DNA of 64,000 nucleotides from Octopus sinensis. Lineage: Eukaryota. A program made the position numbers and the translations under genes. Numbering within the stretch: the first letter of the stretch is position 1; each line of letters starts with the position of its first letter. Of this stretch, positions 39,387-51,890 are shown in pieces. The stretch lies in the NCBI RefSeq assembly GCF_006345805.1, contig NC_043008.1:64480001-64544000 (forward strand), given 5' to 3'. The notes under the pieces are model-generated. The model saw only the letters and a program-made list of their open reading frames with translations, searched no databases and was not told the origin of the DNA.

Positions 39387-39388
<2 letters not shown>
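39147..39388. mobile_element. Palindromic MITE (~95-bp TIRs)
   Basis: CAAAATTAAGAGGAATGACCACTAAAGTGGACACCC.. pairs with ..GGGTGTCCACTTTAGTGGTCATTTCTCTTAATTTTG. TA on the left. Confidence 0.9.
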
Positions 39389-39421
<33 letters not shown>

Positions 39422-39438
39422 GCGTTTTTTTTAATTAT

Positions 39439-39739
39439 TGGTTTCACATTCTGGAAGAAGGCCAGCAATTTTGAGGGAGGGAATAAGGTTTTTTTACATC
39501 GACTCCAGCACTAAACTGGAACTTATTTTATTTCTTTCTACTCTAGGCACAAGGCCCGAGTAGTTTTAGGGAGGGGACCAGTCGATTAGATCGACTCCAG
39601 TACGCAACTGGTACTTAATTTATTAACCTCAAAATGATTAAAAGCAAAGTCGATCGAGGTGGAATTTGAACTCAGAACGTAAAGACGGACGAAATGCTAC
39701 TAAATATTTTGTCCGGCATGCTAACGATTCTGCCTGCTC
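39439..39739 (-). mobile_element. SINE family A composite (alternative tail)
   Basis: GAATTTGAACTCAGAACG B-box complement plus a duplicated tail segment. Confidence 0.75.
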
Positions 39740-39817
39740 AATCTGACCGTGTATATATTACTAATTGCAGTTTGACTTAGCTTGAGAAGAAACCTAACTC
39801 GTTAAGCATCTAGAGAT

Positions 39818-39855
<38 letters not shown>

Positions 39856-41699
39856 AAAGAGAGAGTGGGAGAGAGAGACAGAGAGAAAAAGTGAAAGAAA
39901 TTGGATATGAAACGAATTTAAGATGGCTTCTAGTTGTTAGGCCTGTATTGGTCGACTCAAATAAAAAAGTGTTATTGACCTGGAAGTGTCATCAACTATT
40001 GTCTTTTTCCTTAGGCCCACGAGATTGGACAGGATGCTGGTAGGTAACCGTTGGTGCTGTGTTTGTAAGCTGCAATATGGTTTATTGAGTCGCATCCAAC
40101 CTGACAACCAGCCTAGTAGCACCAAATTTCAATCTAGCACCTCGAGGTCTGGTTACTCGCACGGAAAGCCGTTGTCGCTATAGTGTTTGTTCTCCATCCA
40201 CCCGCGACAACAACCTGCTCTGTCATGTGCAGCATTTAATGCAACGAAACAAGGTCGCTATAAACAACAGCTTCCAAGCATGGCGTAACAGTTACCTGTA
40301 AGCATCTTGCCTGTTCATATGGGTCCAAGAAGAAAGACAATGATTGATGCCACTCCGAGATTAAATAGCACCATGTAATCTCAATTGACCAGTAAAAGAA
40401 TTACATTTAGAAACCATCTTGAATTTGTTTCCTATCCTCTTACTCTCTCTCTGGGTGTTTGAGGTTCGTTCTGCCAGCCCAGAAGACTTTAAGTTACATG
40501 GAGCTAAGGCAAGATGTTATTTAATGATATGCGCCACTGTCTTTCGTTTACCCACTCACTCGTATATATGTAGGTGAGTATACGTGCATGCATATGCATA
40601 TACATATACATATACACATTTTGCTGACTGACCTGCACAAATGATTTGTTGACAGTCGTCAAGTGTATGTGTTTTGCACTCCTTTTATCAAATCAACTTT
40701 GCCTGAACAGGTGTACTGAATACCACGCACCATATGCTGAATTGATCGCAAAACAACGTGAGATGAAATCTATTTGCACAAGAACACAACGCATTATCCA
40801 GTTCAGGAACTGAAACTGTAATCCTGCGATCGTGAGTATATTTTTTCGTCTTTTTACATTAATTTTCTATCTATCTCTTGTAGATAATTTTGTAGTCGTA
40901 CAGTGTATATTCTAAAGTAGATTTCTAGTTATATATATGACTCCTACCTTCGTGCTTCCAAGGAATATGTTTTTGTATCAGATTTTGGGGGTGTATTATC
41001 GATGCTCTCCCTTGCTTTTCTTTCTGGTCATACTAATTCGTTTTGCGTCCAATTGGAGAATATATTACTAGAAATATTGCTATTGATTAGTCTTACGAAT
41101 TTATCTAGAGCGTCTTATGTTTGTTTGCATTCCTATCTTTTATTTATGTTATGCATGCTGTACATTGTCTAGTTCATGATTCATAAGCACCTGCATGCAT
41201 TTATCATACTTTTTGTATCCAGTTTTACTAACTGAAGGCTCTGGGATTAGTTGATGATATGTCATGCACCTGGAGTCGGAAAAAGGTTGGTTTACATATA
41301 CGTACCTGCCTTTATACCGTTGGCAAATAATCATTTCTACTGTTCTCTTCGGTTCCAAATGGCCTCTGAAGTAGCAGGTGGAAGCGCTCGCCACAACTGT
41401 GGTAGAAATAACTTCAGTAAAATAAAGACGCCTACATATTATTTTCAAACAGAAAAAGAATGCAAAAGAATAAAAGAAACAGATAAGGTAAGAAATCGAA
41501 AGTGCTTCAAGCTTAAACACAGTTGTACAATGGAGCACGCACGAAAAGATAATGTCGGAAACATTAATTTGAAAGGAAAGGGGGAAACCTAGCAAGAAGA
41601 GTTAGGATAACACAGCAAAAATAACTTTCTGTCTTTTGAAAATGTTATGTGTCAAAATAAATGACTTGGCTTGAGCCATCTCAGGGAAAGGAAGGAATG

Positions 41700-42250
41700 G
41701 ATGATGCATGAGTCTGAAAATAGTGTCTTTTCGTCCGGTTAATATATTCAAAAAAGTGTGAGTATGAAGGTAAAATATCTCGGGAGTTGGATTGCTATAG
41801 AATTTGAAAAGAAAATTTGAAGTAATCTTGATGTGGGGAGATTGTGTTCAATCGAATATGGCAGAACATAGAAACATGGTCCCACACTTTATGGGTCTTT
41901 TAGGTATCAGGCTGAATATCTTAACACATGTTGAACCCTTAGCGTGTGACAACTGTGCAATATTAACGACGTGGTGAGCTCGAAGATTACTCGCAACAAA
42001 TTCTGACCAAGGAATATGGAATTTCTTGATATTCTCAAATACTCACAAGGATATCCTGGAGCTATAACTTTATTAAGGGAGCGGAGAGGAGATCGAGATG
42101 AGTGGTGATGTAGAGGAAAAAAGCCAAGTTGCTATACTTATAGTACATTATTAAGTGATACTTCAGGGCCTTTATGTACAAAAAAATAATAATAAAAGAA
42201 AAGTGAAAAAAGGATGGAGTGTATAGGACAAAGAAGAAAATGCCAATAAG
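41700..42250 (+). mobile_element. Very degenerate RTE-like RT fragment
   Basis: VKYLGSWI and RLNILTHVEPL..RRLLAT resemble RTE RT and thumb motifs. Confidence 0.35.
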
Positions 42251-43169
42251 GAATGTATACCAAAATCGCAAAGCATGTTACGTAATAACAGGCAAATCGG
42301 ATATGGTATAATAACAATATAAAATAAATAACTCTGAACAGTTCTTCATGCAGCGCCTGTCAATTGGCTGAAGTGATATGAAAGGCATCGATATTCATGG
42401 TATATTGGTGAATAAGTCACTAACCGAAATAAGAGGCTTTATTGTTGAGGAAAATATTATTTACTTCTTTAATGGTTGTTCTGGGTAAAGTGCGAAACTA
42501 ACCCGAACAGTTAAAATGCTGTGTAATAAAAGTATTCAACTTGATTTATACCAAATAGAATGTAATATTTTGTAAATTTTCTGCACAGTTGCCATGGAAA
42601 CAGTACGTTAATGGTAAAATTTGAAAATAAGTTGTGGCATTGATACCTCCATAACCCATGGTGAGATTTTACTCAAATTTATATCAAATGAAAGATCTTA
42701 GGTAGGTCTATAAAATGTCATTAAATTTATATATTGACTTAGGGCAGGAGTTAGATTGATGGTATCACTGACCTTGTCCGACAACGTCTTTTAAGAAAAT
42801 CTATGTAATGTAGAACACACACGTATTTATACAACGTAACCACTGGTAACAGGTCACTTTAATGATATTACTTCTCTAATAAATTGAGGGAGAAACGACC
42901 AGTGGGCAAAAGAGAAAAATAAAGAAAAATGAATAGATTATTTCCTCTTGGTGGTTAAAGGAAAATAGATGGGTTATAACTGGACTCCTTCTGGGGGCCA
43001 TAGCCGTCCAATTGTAGATTTTTATTAAACTGCAATGAGCCTAAGATTCGTTAATGAGTGCAGACACAAACTTGACACAAACAAACAGATAGCCGAACAG
43101 ACTGCCGTATATATATGTATAGGATATATGTTTATATATATACATGTATATGTCTGTGCGTCTATCTAG

Positions 43170-43195
43170 CTATGTATTATCTATCTATCTATCTG

Positions 43196-43271
<76 letters not shown>

Positions 43272-43500
43272 GCTATCTATCTAGATAATTAGATAGATAG
43301 ATAGATTGATTGATTGATATGCATATAGATATAAATATGCTGGTGTCTTCATTTATACTGTAACACCTTTTCCACGCCACGTTTTGAATTGCATGTATGT
43401 CCTTCTGGCCAATAAATAAAACTACCACTACCACCACCACCACCACCACTACTACTACTACTACTACTGCTACTACTACTACTACTACTACTACAACAAT

Positions 43501-43538
<38 letters not shown>

Positions 43539-43540
43539 TT
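43170..43540. repeat. (TATC)n and (CCA)n/(CTA)n microsatellites
   Basis: Read directly. Confidence 0.95.
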
Positions 43541-44020
43541 TTGATTCTTAAAATGATTAGATTTCTCTTCGTGTGTCAAACCATGTAAAGATAATTAAAA
43601 TAAAAAACAAAATGAAGATCGAAATATAAAGGTGATTTCTAACACGATAGAACCAAGATTTGGGAATATTTTCCTCATTTCTATTGTTTGTTTACGCCAC
43701 AGGGAATAAATATTCCTTTACCATTATATCCTGGAAACAAACAAAGTTCCAATTAATATAAAACAAAACCAACAAACAAGAACACATATTTTCTATTTTA
43801 TTTTTCGTATGTTCTTGATTTAATTTTTCGTTTCACATATATCTGTAAATACGTAATTTGTTATATATATATATATATTCACAGGCGCATACACACATAC
43901 ATATACATACACCCACATATCTATCTATTTGTATATATCTATCTAGCTATCTATTTGTATATATATATATATATATATATCTATATATATACAAATAGAT
44001 AGCTATATATATATATATAT

Positions 44021-44076
<56 letters not shown>

Positions 44077-44404
44077 TTATGTGTGTATGCGTATGAAGTA
44101 TAATACATAGGCAAGAAGATATTGATGTTGTCATCTTTCTTGCAAGACATACGGAGGTAGGAAAGAAAATGTAGAATCTTTAAGACCGAAAGGAATGTAA
44201 ATGATCATGCTGTTCAGATAAGTGTTTAGCCCCAGGCAAATTTATTTCATATTTGATAGTGTTGAAAAATAATGTCTATCACCTTCAAGAATATATGTGT
44301 GAGTGTTTTTATATACGCATATATATGTACGTATATATATATATACACACACGTATATATATACATATATATGTATGAATATATATACGTATATACATAT
44401 ACAC

Positions 44405-44445
<41 letters not shown>

Positions 44446-44609
44446 TATATATGTATATATATATATCTATATATATATATATTATATATATATATATATG
44501 TATGTATATATACATTGAGAGAAAGAGAGAAATAGATAGCTAAGTAGATACATAGATACATGCATTCACATATTTAGGTATATACATAAATACATACATA
44601 TACACACAT

Positions 44610-44646
<37 letters not shown>

Positions 44647-45460
44647 CATATATACATATACATACATATCAACTCACACGCACACATACATGCATAATAC
44701 AAATGTATGAATGCAACTACGTATGTATATGTGTATGTGTATTTATGTATGTACACAAAAATGCGTGCCAGAATAAAAGTAGTATTTCAACATTATCTTA
44801 GTAACGAATTATCTATAAGCGTGCATGTGTATATATATCTCTCACAAATTCTCTGTCATTCTAACGCCACCCATTTTCACTGTATACGTACATATATATG
44901 AGCATACAAACGTTTACATACTTGTATGCATATGGCTACATAAGCGTGTGTATGCCTGTATGATTACACATATGTGTCTATATATAATCAGTCTTAAATG
45001 TTCTAATATACATCTCTTTCTTTCACCTTACGCCTATCTGTTTGTCTGCCTACCTTTTTCTGTTTATACACATATGTGTGTGTACCAGTGTGTCAGTGAG
45101 TGCGTGTGTCATTGTTTGTGTGTGTTTGCATGTGTGTCTATATGTGTGTGAGTGTGTGTTGGAATATTTAAAATTACTGTTTGTCTCAGAATAATCAGAA
45201 TAATAGCCGGTCGTTAAATCATGTTTCCTGTAGTTAAGACGCTCTCAATCATCATTAGACACACGTCCGTTTGCTCTTATGTAGTTATACGAAAAGTAAA
45301 GAAGAAAACGTACTAAAACCTCTATGATTAGACCTTTTTCTTTAGCGCTGTATACTCATATGTCTATTAGAATATCCGCCACATGTTTCCAACAGGTAAA
45401 ATTTTTCATGGTTGTGTAACAAATAAGTTTTATATGAATTGATTACTTTACGTTGTTAAC

Positions 45461-45502
<42 letters not shown>

Positions 45503-45648
45503 TTATATATAGAGGGCATTATACATACATGCCAGGAGGCATTCTACATACACACCATACGCTAAGAGGGACAATCAGTCATTTCTACCAAAAATATTAC
45601 TAATCCCACCGAATGCAATTTTTCAAAGAAAGACATTTAAAAATATAT

Positions 45649-45695
45649 AGACCTGTATCACAGTGATTCATACTTACGTAATCATCAGCAGGCCT
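45649..45695 (-). ncRNA. Hammerhead motif, array copy 1 (one A missing from GAAA)
   Basis: Plus strand reads GATTCAT where the other copies read GATTTCAT. Confidence 0.6.
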
Positions 45696-46128
45696 GAATA
45701 TACTATAAATAAACAACGACCCTGCTTCGCTTAAGCCGATCAGCTAACTGATCAACATCAACGAAGCACATGGGTGAGTTTATATATACTATATCCGGAT
45801 GAATGGCAAACTTTTACGAATTGCATTTCGGGAGAGGAAAAGTTTTTTCGGAATAAAAATTTAGCAATTAAGGACAACTACTTAATAAGGAAAACTTAAC
45901 AAGAAATTGTCAGGTAGATAGCGTAAAAACCTCATAAGAGAAAAAATTTCGAAAATAATTATTTCTTATTGAACATATTAATTTATATATAGAGGGCATT
46001 ATACATACATGCCAGGAGGCATTCTACATACACGCCATACGCTAAGAGGGACAATCAGTCATTTCTACCAAAAATATTACTAATCCCACCGAATGCAATT
46101 TTTCAAAGAAAGACATTTAAAAATATAT

Positions 46129-46176
46129 AGACCTGTATCACAGTGATTTCATACTTACGTAATCATCAGCAGGCCT
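46129..46176 (-). ncRNA. Type I hammerhead ribozyme motif, array copy 2 (intact)
   Basis: AGGCCTG-CTGATGA-TTAC-GTAA-GTAT-GAA-ATCACTGTGAT-A-CAGGTCT. Predicted cleavage after AUA, between 46136 and 46135. Confidence 0.8.
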
Positions 46177-46603
46177 GAATATACTATAAATAAACAACGA
46201 CCCTGCTTCGCTTAAGCCGATCAGCTAACTGATCAACATCAACGAAGCACATGGTGAGTTTATATATACTAATCCGGATGAATGGCAAACTTTTACGAAT
46301 TGCATTTCGGGAGAGGAAAAGTTTTTTCGGAATAAAAATTTAGCAATTAAGGACAACTACTTAATAAGGAAAACTTAACAAGAAATTGTCAGGTAGATAG
46401 CGTAAAAACCTCATAAGAGAAAAAATTTCGAAAATAATTATTTCTTATGAACATATTAATTTATATATAGAGGGCATTATACATACATGCCAGGAGGCAT
46501 TCTACATACACGCCACGCTAAGAGGGACAATCAGTCATTTCTACCAAAAATATTACTAATCCACCGAATGCAATTTTTCAAAGAAAGACATTTAAAAATA
46601 TAT

Positions 46604-46650
46604 AGACCTGTATCACAGTGATTTCATACTTACGTAATCATCAGCAGCCT
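46604..46650 (-). ncRNA. Hammerhead motif, array copy 3 (1-nt deletion in stem I)
   Basis: Core intact. Plus strand reads CAGCAGCCTG instead of CAGCAGGCCTG. Confidence 0.65.
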
Positions 46651-47106
46651 GAATATACTATAAATAAACAACGACCCTGCTTCGCTTAAGCCGATCAGCT
46701 AACTGATCAACATCAACGAAGCACATGGGTGAGTTTATATATACTATATCCGGATGAATGGCAAACTTTTACGAATTGCATTCGGGAGAGGGAAAGTTTT
46801 TTCGGAATAAAAATTTAGCAATTAAGGACAACTACTTAATAAGGAAAACTTAACAAGAAATTGTCAGGTAGATAGCGTAAAAACCTCATAAGAGAAAAAA
46901 TTTCGAAAATAATTATTTCTTATTGAACATATTAATTATATATAGAGGGCATTATACATACATGCCAGGAGGCATTCTACATACACGCCATACGCTAAGA
47001 GGGACAATCAGTCATTTCTACCAAAAATCTACTAATCCCACCGAATGCAATTTTTCAAAGAAAGACATTTAAAAATATAGACCTGTATCACAGTGATTTC
47101 ATACTT

Positions 47107-47353
47107 TCTTTGAAAATTGCATTCGGTGGGATTAGTAATATTTTTGGTAGAAATGACTGATTGTCCCTCTTAGCGTATGGCGTGTATGTAGAATGCCTCC
47201 TGGCATGTATGTATAATGCCCTCTATATATAAATTAATATGTTCAATAAGAAATAATTATTTTCGAAATTTTTTCTCTTATGAGGTTTTTACGCTATCTA
47301 CCTGACAATTTCTTGTTAAGTTTTCCTTATTAAGTAGTTGTCCTTAATTGCTA
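47107..47353 (+). repeat. Inverted partial copy of the array unit
   Basis: TTCTTTGAAAATTGCATTCGGTGGG..GTCCTTAATTGCTA is the reverse complement of the unit, followed by (TA)n. Confidence 0.95.
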
Positions 47354-47364
47354 TATATATATAC

Positions 47365-47401
<37 letters not shown>

Positions 47402-47663
47402 CAGCAATTAACCATTTCCATACATTGAAAATATCGCAATTAAAAGTCCACTAATTGAATAATGATATACATATTTAGTCACAGTGGGTATCTTTTTAGG
47501 AAATTTACAAGAAATATTCATGCTTTGTTGACTATTTACAACACATATACATATATGACTGCTATGAGAAATTTGACTGTAAACAGGAAATCGAATTTGT
47601 TCTCTATGTAGCGTCGATGTCTGTATTATAATGATCTTCGCTGTTCTTTTATATGTTTCTCCA

Positions 47664-48061
47664 CAAGAGTGGCTGTGTGGTAAGTAGCTTGCTAACCAAC
47701 CACATGGTTCCGGGTTCAGTCCCACTGCGTGGCATCTTGGGCAAGTGTTTTCTGCTATAGCCCCGGGCCGACCAATGCCTTGTGGATTTGGTAGACGGAA
47801 ACTGAAAGAAGCCCGTCGTATATATGTATATATATATATATATGTGTGCGTGTTTGTTTGTGTGTCTGTGTTTGTCCCCCTAGCATTGCTTGACAACCGA
47901 TGCTGGTGTGTTTATGTTCCCGTTACTTAGCGGTTCGGCAAAATAGACCGATAGAATAAGTACTGGGCTTACAAAAGGAATAAGTCCCGGGGTCGAGTTG
48001 CTCGATTAAAGGCGGTGCTCCAGCATGGCCGCAGTCAAATGACTGAAACAAGTAAAAGAGT
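47664..48061 (+). mobile_element. SINE family B, full length
   Basis: GAGTGGCTGTGTGGTAAG..GGTTCAGTCCC..CAAGTAAAAGAG. Confidence 0.9.
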
Positions 48062-48899
48062 ATACTGAACATATTATTACTTGAATTAACTTTACTATCT
48101 CACAGTTAAAGTTCTACTATGCTCTGAATATACTCCTTGTTTAAAAGGAATTTCCGATCGTTCGGACAAGCTGAAACCTCTTTCAGATTTGCATATTTCA
48201 CATATTTTCCAGAATTGGTTCAGTTGTCTTGAAAATAATCAGTCATTTGTAAAAAATTCTGTTTAATGATTTCTTCTCTTTTTACATTTTACCATAGTAT
48301 TACTTTGCAAATATCTGTTCGTCCTGATGCCTTTAATATTGATACATTTTGTAAAATAAGTCTTGTTGCTTCTATCTGTGAGGGTAGAGTCTTGATAACA
48401 TTGTCAGTTCTAGCAAATCATGTTTATTTTGCTTGTTATAGTATCCGGAGATCAATAGACTCTGCTCATTGTAATATATATGAAACACATATGTACATTA
48501 TGATCTGATGGGTTTATCTAAGTCGCACCTATGTAGTATATCACGAAGCAGAATTGCCAATATATTTATGATTTAACTAAATAGTATATATCTTTCAAGT
48601 GTGTTTTAGGTGATACAAACCAAAAAGAAAAAGAATCTATTGGTTCAAATCTGTTGTGTATATCTGTTACAAGTTGCTTTTTGACGTTCATTATTAAGAT
48701 ATATAAAATGCTTGAGTCACTTAAGTGTATTCTATAGGGAATTGAAAAATTATTCTATTCAGTGATATCTTAATCTCACTTAATTTTTCTTTTCTTTCAT
48801 TCTGTTGAAGAAAACAGTGGTCTTAGAATCTTTTCTAGTTCACTATTACATATTGATAAAAAGACTTGGTACATTTTCGAACTGAATTTTCGATATACT

Positions 48900-50084
48900 G
48901 CAATTTCCAAAGGCTGTATTATAATTAAGTTTTAAATATTGGATCTACAGTGGTTCCCGTCACATTTCTGTATGTTTGTTGATAGCACAACCCAACAGAT
49001 ATTTTGTTATAAGGACGTTTTTATCTGTTTTGAAACTTTTTTTGATATACTGAATCCAAAAATGGAATGCATTTTTTTACCATCACGTCTAGATTTTGAG
49101 ATGCCTAAAGTCCACAGTCATCAGTGGGTAATATACGCAGACTTTAATAGTCAATTATCCCCTGGGGCAACGAAGAAGATATACCAAATATCCATACTTA
49201 TCCATGATTTTTATGTATGTGGGACAGCAGAGACAGGCCAAAAAATGGCAAGAGTGAAAATTACTTACAGGCTTTTTTAATGAGGTTCAAGAGCCTTTAG
49301 TTCAGCCGATAAAAATTACCTTACCTCAACTTCATATATAACTTGACATTATGAAGTAGTTTGTTAAGGCTCTGGATAAAATGGACCATGCTTTCACTAT
49401 ATCTGTAGCACATTCCTTGTCTGAGCAATAAAAAGATATAAACTGAAGTATTTGATGGCCCTTTAATCAGAAAACTGTTAAACGATGGAAAGTTTGTAAA
49501 TTCAATGAATCACATTGAAATAGAAATATTCGACAGCATGCTTTAGAATGTTTAAAAGTTGGAAGCAAATATAAGCATAAAGCAGCACTATCTCTACAGT
49601 TAACTTGATAAACTCATTGAAAGACATGATAACACAAGTGGCAAGCAGGGAGAACTTTTCCGCCAAGACATAAAATCAATGAAACAAAAGTGTCGAGGCA
49701 GGTAGGACTTGCATATGATAGGAAACTATTGATGGAACTTGGCTCGTGGTATTCAGGAAGTTAAGTACTCAAGAACATAATCCAAACGCAAATTCATGGG
49801 AAATTAGGTATAAACTATGATGTAATTTGTCGGTAGAAATGTTAAGATTTATATTAGGTTTTCAGTGGAGTTTAAGAAAATATTGTGGATTTGAAGAAAA
49901 ACTAATTTCTATGTATGTTATGCCTTATTCATCATAAGCTGTTTTATTGAAGAAAAGATAATGAAATTCTTAAAATCTTGACGTGACGGTAATAAATGGA
50001 TAACATTTTCGGGTTCTGTGTCAAAAATCCCTTGTTCAGGTTCAGAAGTTTTGACAAAACACAAAATAAATTTATTGGCCTGTG
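48900..50084 (+). mobile_element. Chapaev3-like (CMC) transposase remnant with probable 3' TIR
   Basis: HQWVIYADF, YTKYP, WDSRD, EPLVQP..LHI..FVKALD, VFDGPLIRKL and QGELFRQDIK..MIGNY*W across stops and frameshifts. End TTTATTGGCCTGTG at 50084. The superfamily name is from memory. Confidence 0.6.
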
Positions 50085-50407
50085 TAGTTAATATCAAATG
50101 CAGTAGTTTTTTGTTTAATATATTTTAACCTCTTACCTTTATTTAAGTTTTGTTTTAAACGATTTGCTTGTTCGTTTACTGAATTCTCTAACCAGAGATT
50201 TATCACTTTCTCACGAGAAGGTTGTTTGCTTATAAATTCATTACACGAAAAGATAAATGTTTATCATTGTCATATTCCGGAAGATGAATTGACATGTCAG
50301 GTTCATTCCTTATCAAACTTTTAATGTGTATATGAAATAAGATATCTAAAGAAAAAAAAAAACATTGATCAGTGACAACCTATGCCGACGCGGCTAAAGT
50401 ATGTTGG

Positions 50408-50486
50408 TGAAGAAGAAGAAGAAGAAGAAGAAGACGAAGAAGAAGAAGAAGAAGAAGAAGAAGAAGAAGAAGAAGAAGAAGAAGAA

Positions 50487-50534
<48 letters not shown>

Positions 50535-50535
50535 A
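50408..50535. repeat. (GAA)n(GAT)n microsatellite
   Basis: Read directly. Source of the poly-E/poly-D ORF 50382-50588. Confidence 0.95.
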
Positions 50536-51890
50536 ATCGTTCTGAGGAGGAACAGAAGAACAGTGGGGATGTAAGTGTGAGTGGCTGAAGAGGAGTGTAT
50601 GGAAAGTAAATGAATGAACGAGTGAAAAGGTTAGGTGTGAAATTGAGAGATAATGAAGCGGGGAGGAAAGAGTATGGAGAGGAGTAAAACTGAGTGGAAG
50701 TTAAAGGATAAGACAGTGAAACAGAAGTTATAAGAAAAGAGAAGAGGGAAAGAGAGGAGGGTAAAGAGAAATGAATCTACTTTCAAAGTTATAAGACTTG
50801 TCATGTAAACATGCAGTTAAGTTATTGTTAAAATATTTATTGCTGCAAGTTATATAAATTTAACACAAAAATATCCGTTGAGAAAAGCAAAAGAGAGCCA
50901 AACCAAAGGTTCTTAGTCTATTATAGACATTAGTTTAATAATATCTATTACATATGTGGACTCAATTCCGAACGGGTTTGGGTGTTATCATATTCTTATT
51001 AACAATGGAGTTAACCGCCTGTAATTAATATGAGAGTCTTGACCTAACCTACAAAGGAAACTTTTTCTTTCCATTAGTCTTCTTATTCCTGTAAAATGTC
51101 ATAGGCACTGTCTTCCTTCTGATTGAAAGCAAACATACGAAAGAAGCCAGAGTGGTCATGCCTAGACCGTCTGTGAATAAAGCCCAAGCAGCGGAAGAGA
51201 TATAAAGAACATAGGAAAAGAAAAGAAATCTGATGTTTCAGTCAGAAACATTTTTGTTTGTTTGTTTTTTCTTGCTTTTGGTTTTTTTTTTTTTTTAGAT
51301 TTCATTGTTTTAGTTTGATCAATAATTTCGAGCATCAGATTTTGGTCTGGGACTAAACAACAAAAGCAAGAATCACAACAACGAAAATATTACGTCATTA
51401 CAATAATAGCAGAGACAACAACAAATGTAACGGTATCAATATTTCCATAAAAGACATGACCAGTTGCATAAACTGAACTATATAGCCATGAAGGACATAA
51501 CTGCTTGCGTGAATGTTTTTCGACTAATCAGTATTGGCTGGCATGTAACTGGCGTGGCGGAAGACTTGAAAGAAAATTTATGAGAATTTCCGCTTAACGA
51601 AATTTGCAAGCGTCCTCGAAGTATTGTTCAAAGTTATAAAAAGCTGAAATATTAAACTTGTAAAGAGAAACACTTCAGGTGCTACCGAACCCCTGCCAAT
51701 CAGTCTCATTAAATGTATTCTCACTTTTTCATAGCATGCTTTGTGTATCAACGTTTAACAAAAATAAATCTCTCTTGTGTTGTAATTCCGACGTATATGC
51801 ATGCAAATATCTTTCTATATAATTACTTACTTTATTCAAATAATAATAATTAGGCATAATTATAACGTAACAGTATGTACTAAAATATAA

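Larger units (their letters stand above)
45501..47106 (-). mobile_element. Tandem array (3.4 copies) of a ~475-480 bp hammerhead-containing unit; retrozyme-like
   Basis: Equivalent positions at 45649, 46129, 46604 and 47079. The copies differ mostly by 1-2 nt indels. No ORF. Confidence 0.85.

Noticed and set aside
45501-47106. CRISPR-like or simple satellite interpretation of the array
   Set aside because: There are no unique spacers and the context is eukaryotic. The hammerhead fold and inverted junction fit a retroelement origin better.
50382-50588. Acidic poly-E/poly-D ORF
   Set aside because: It is a (GAA)n(GAT)n microsatellite with no supporting exon structure.
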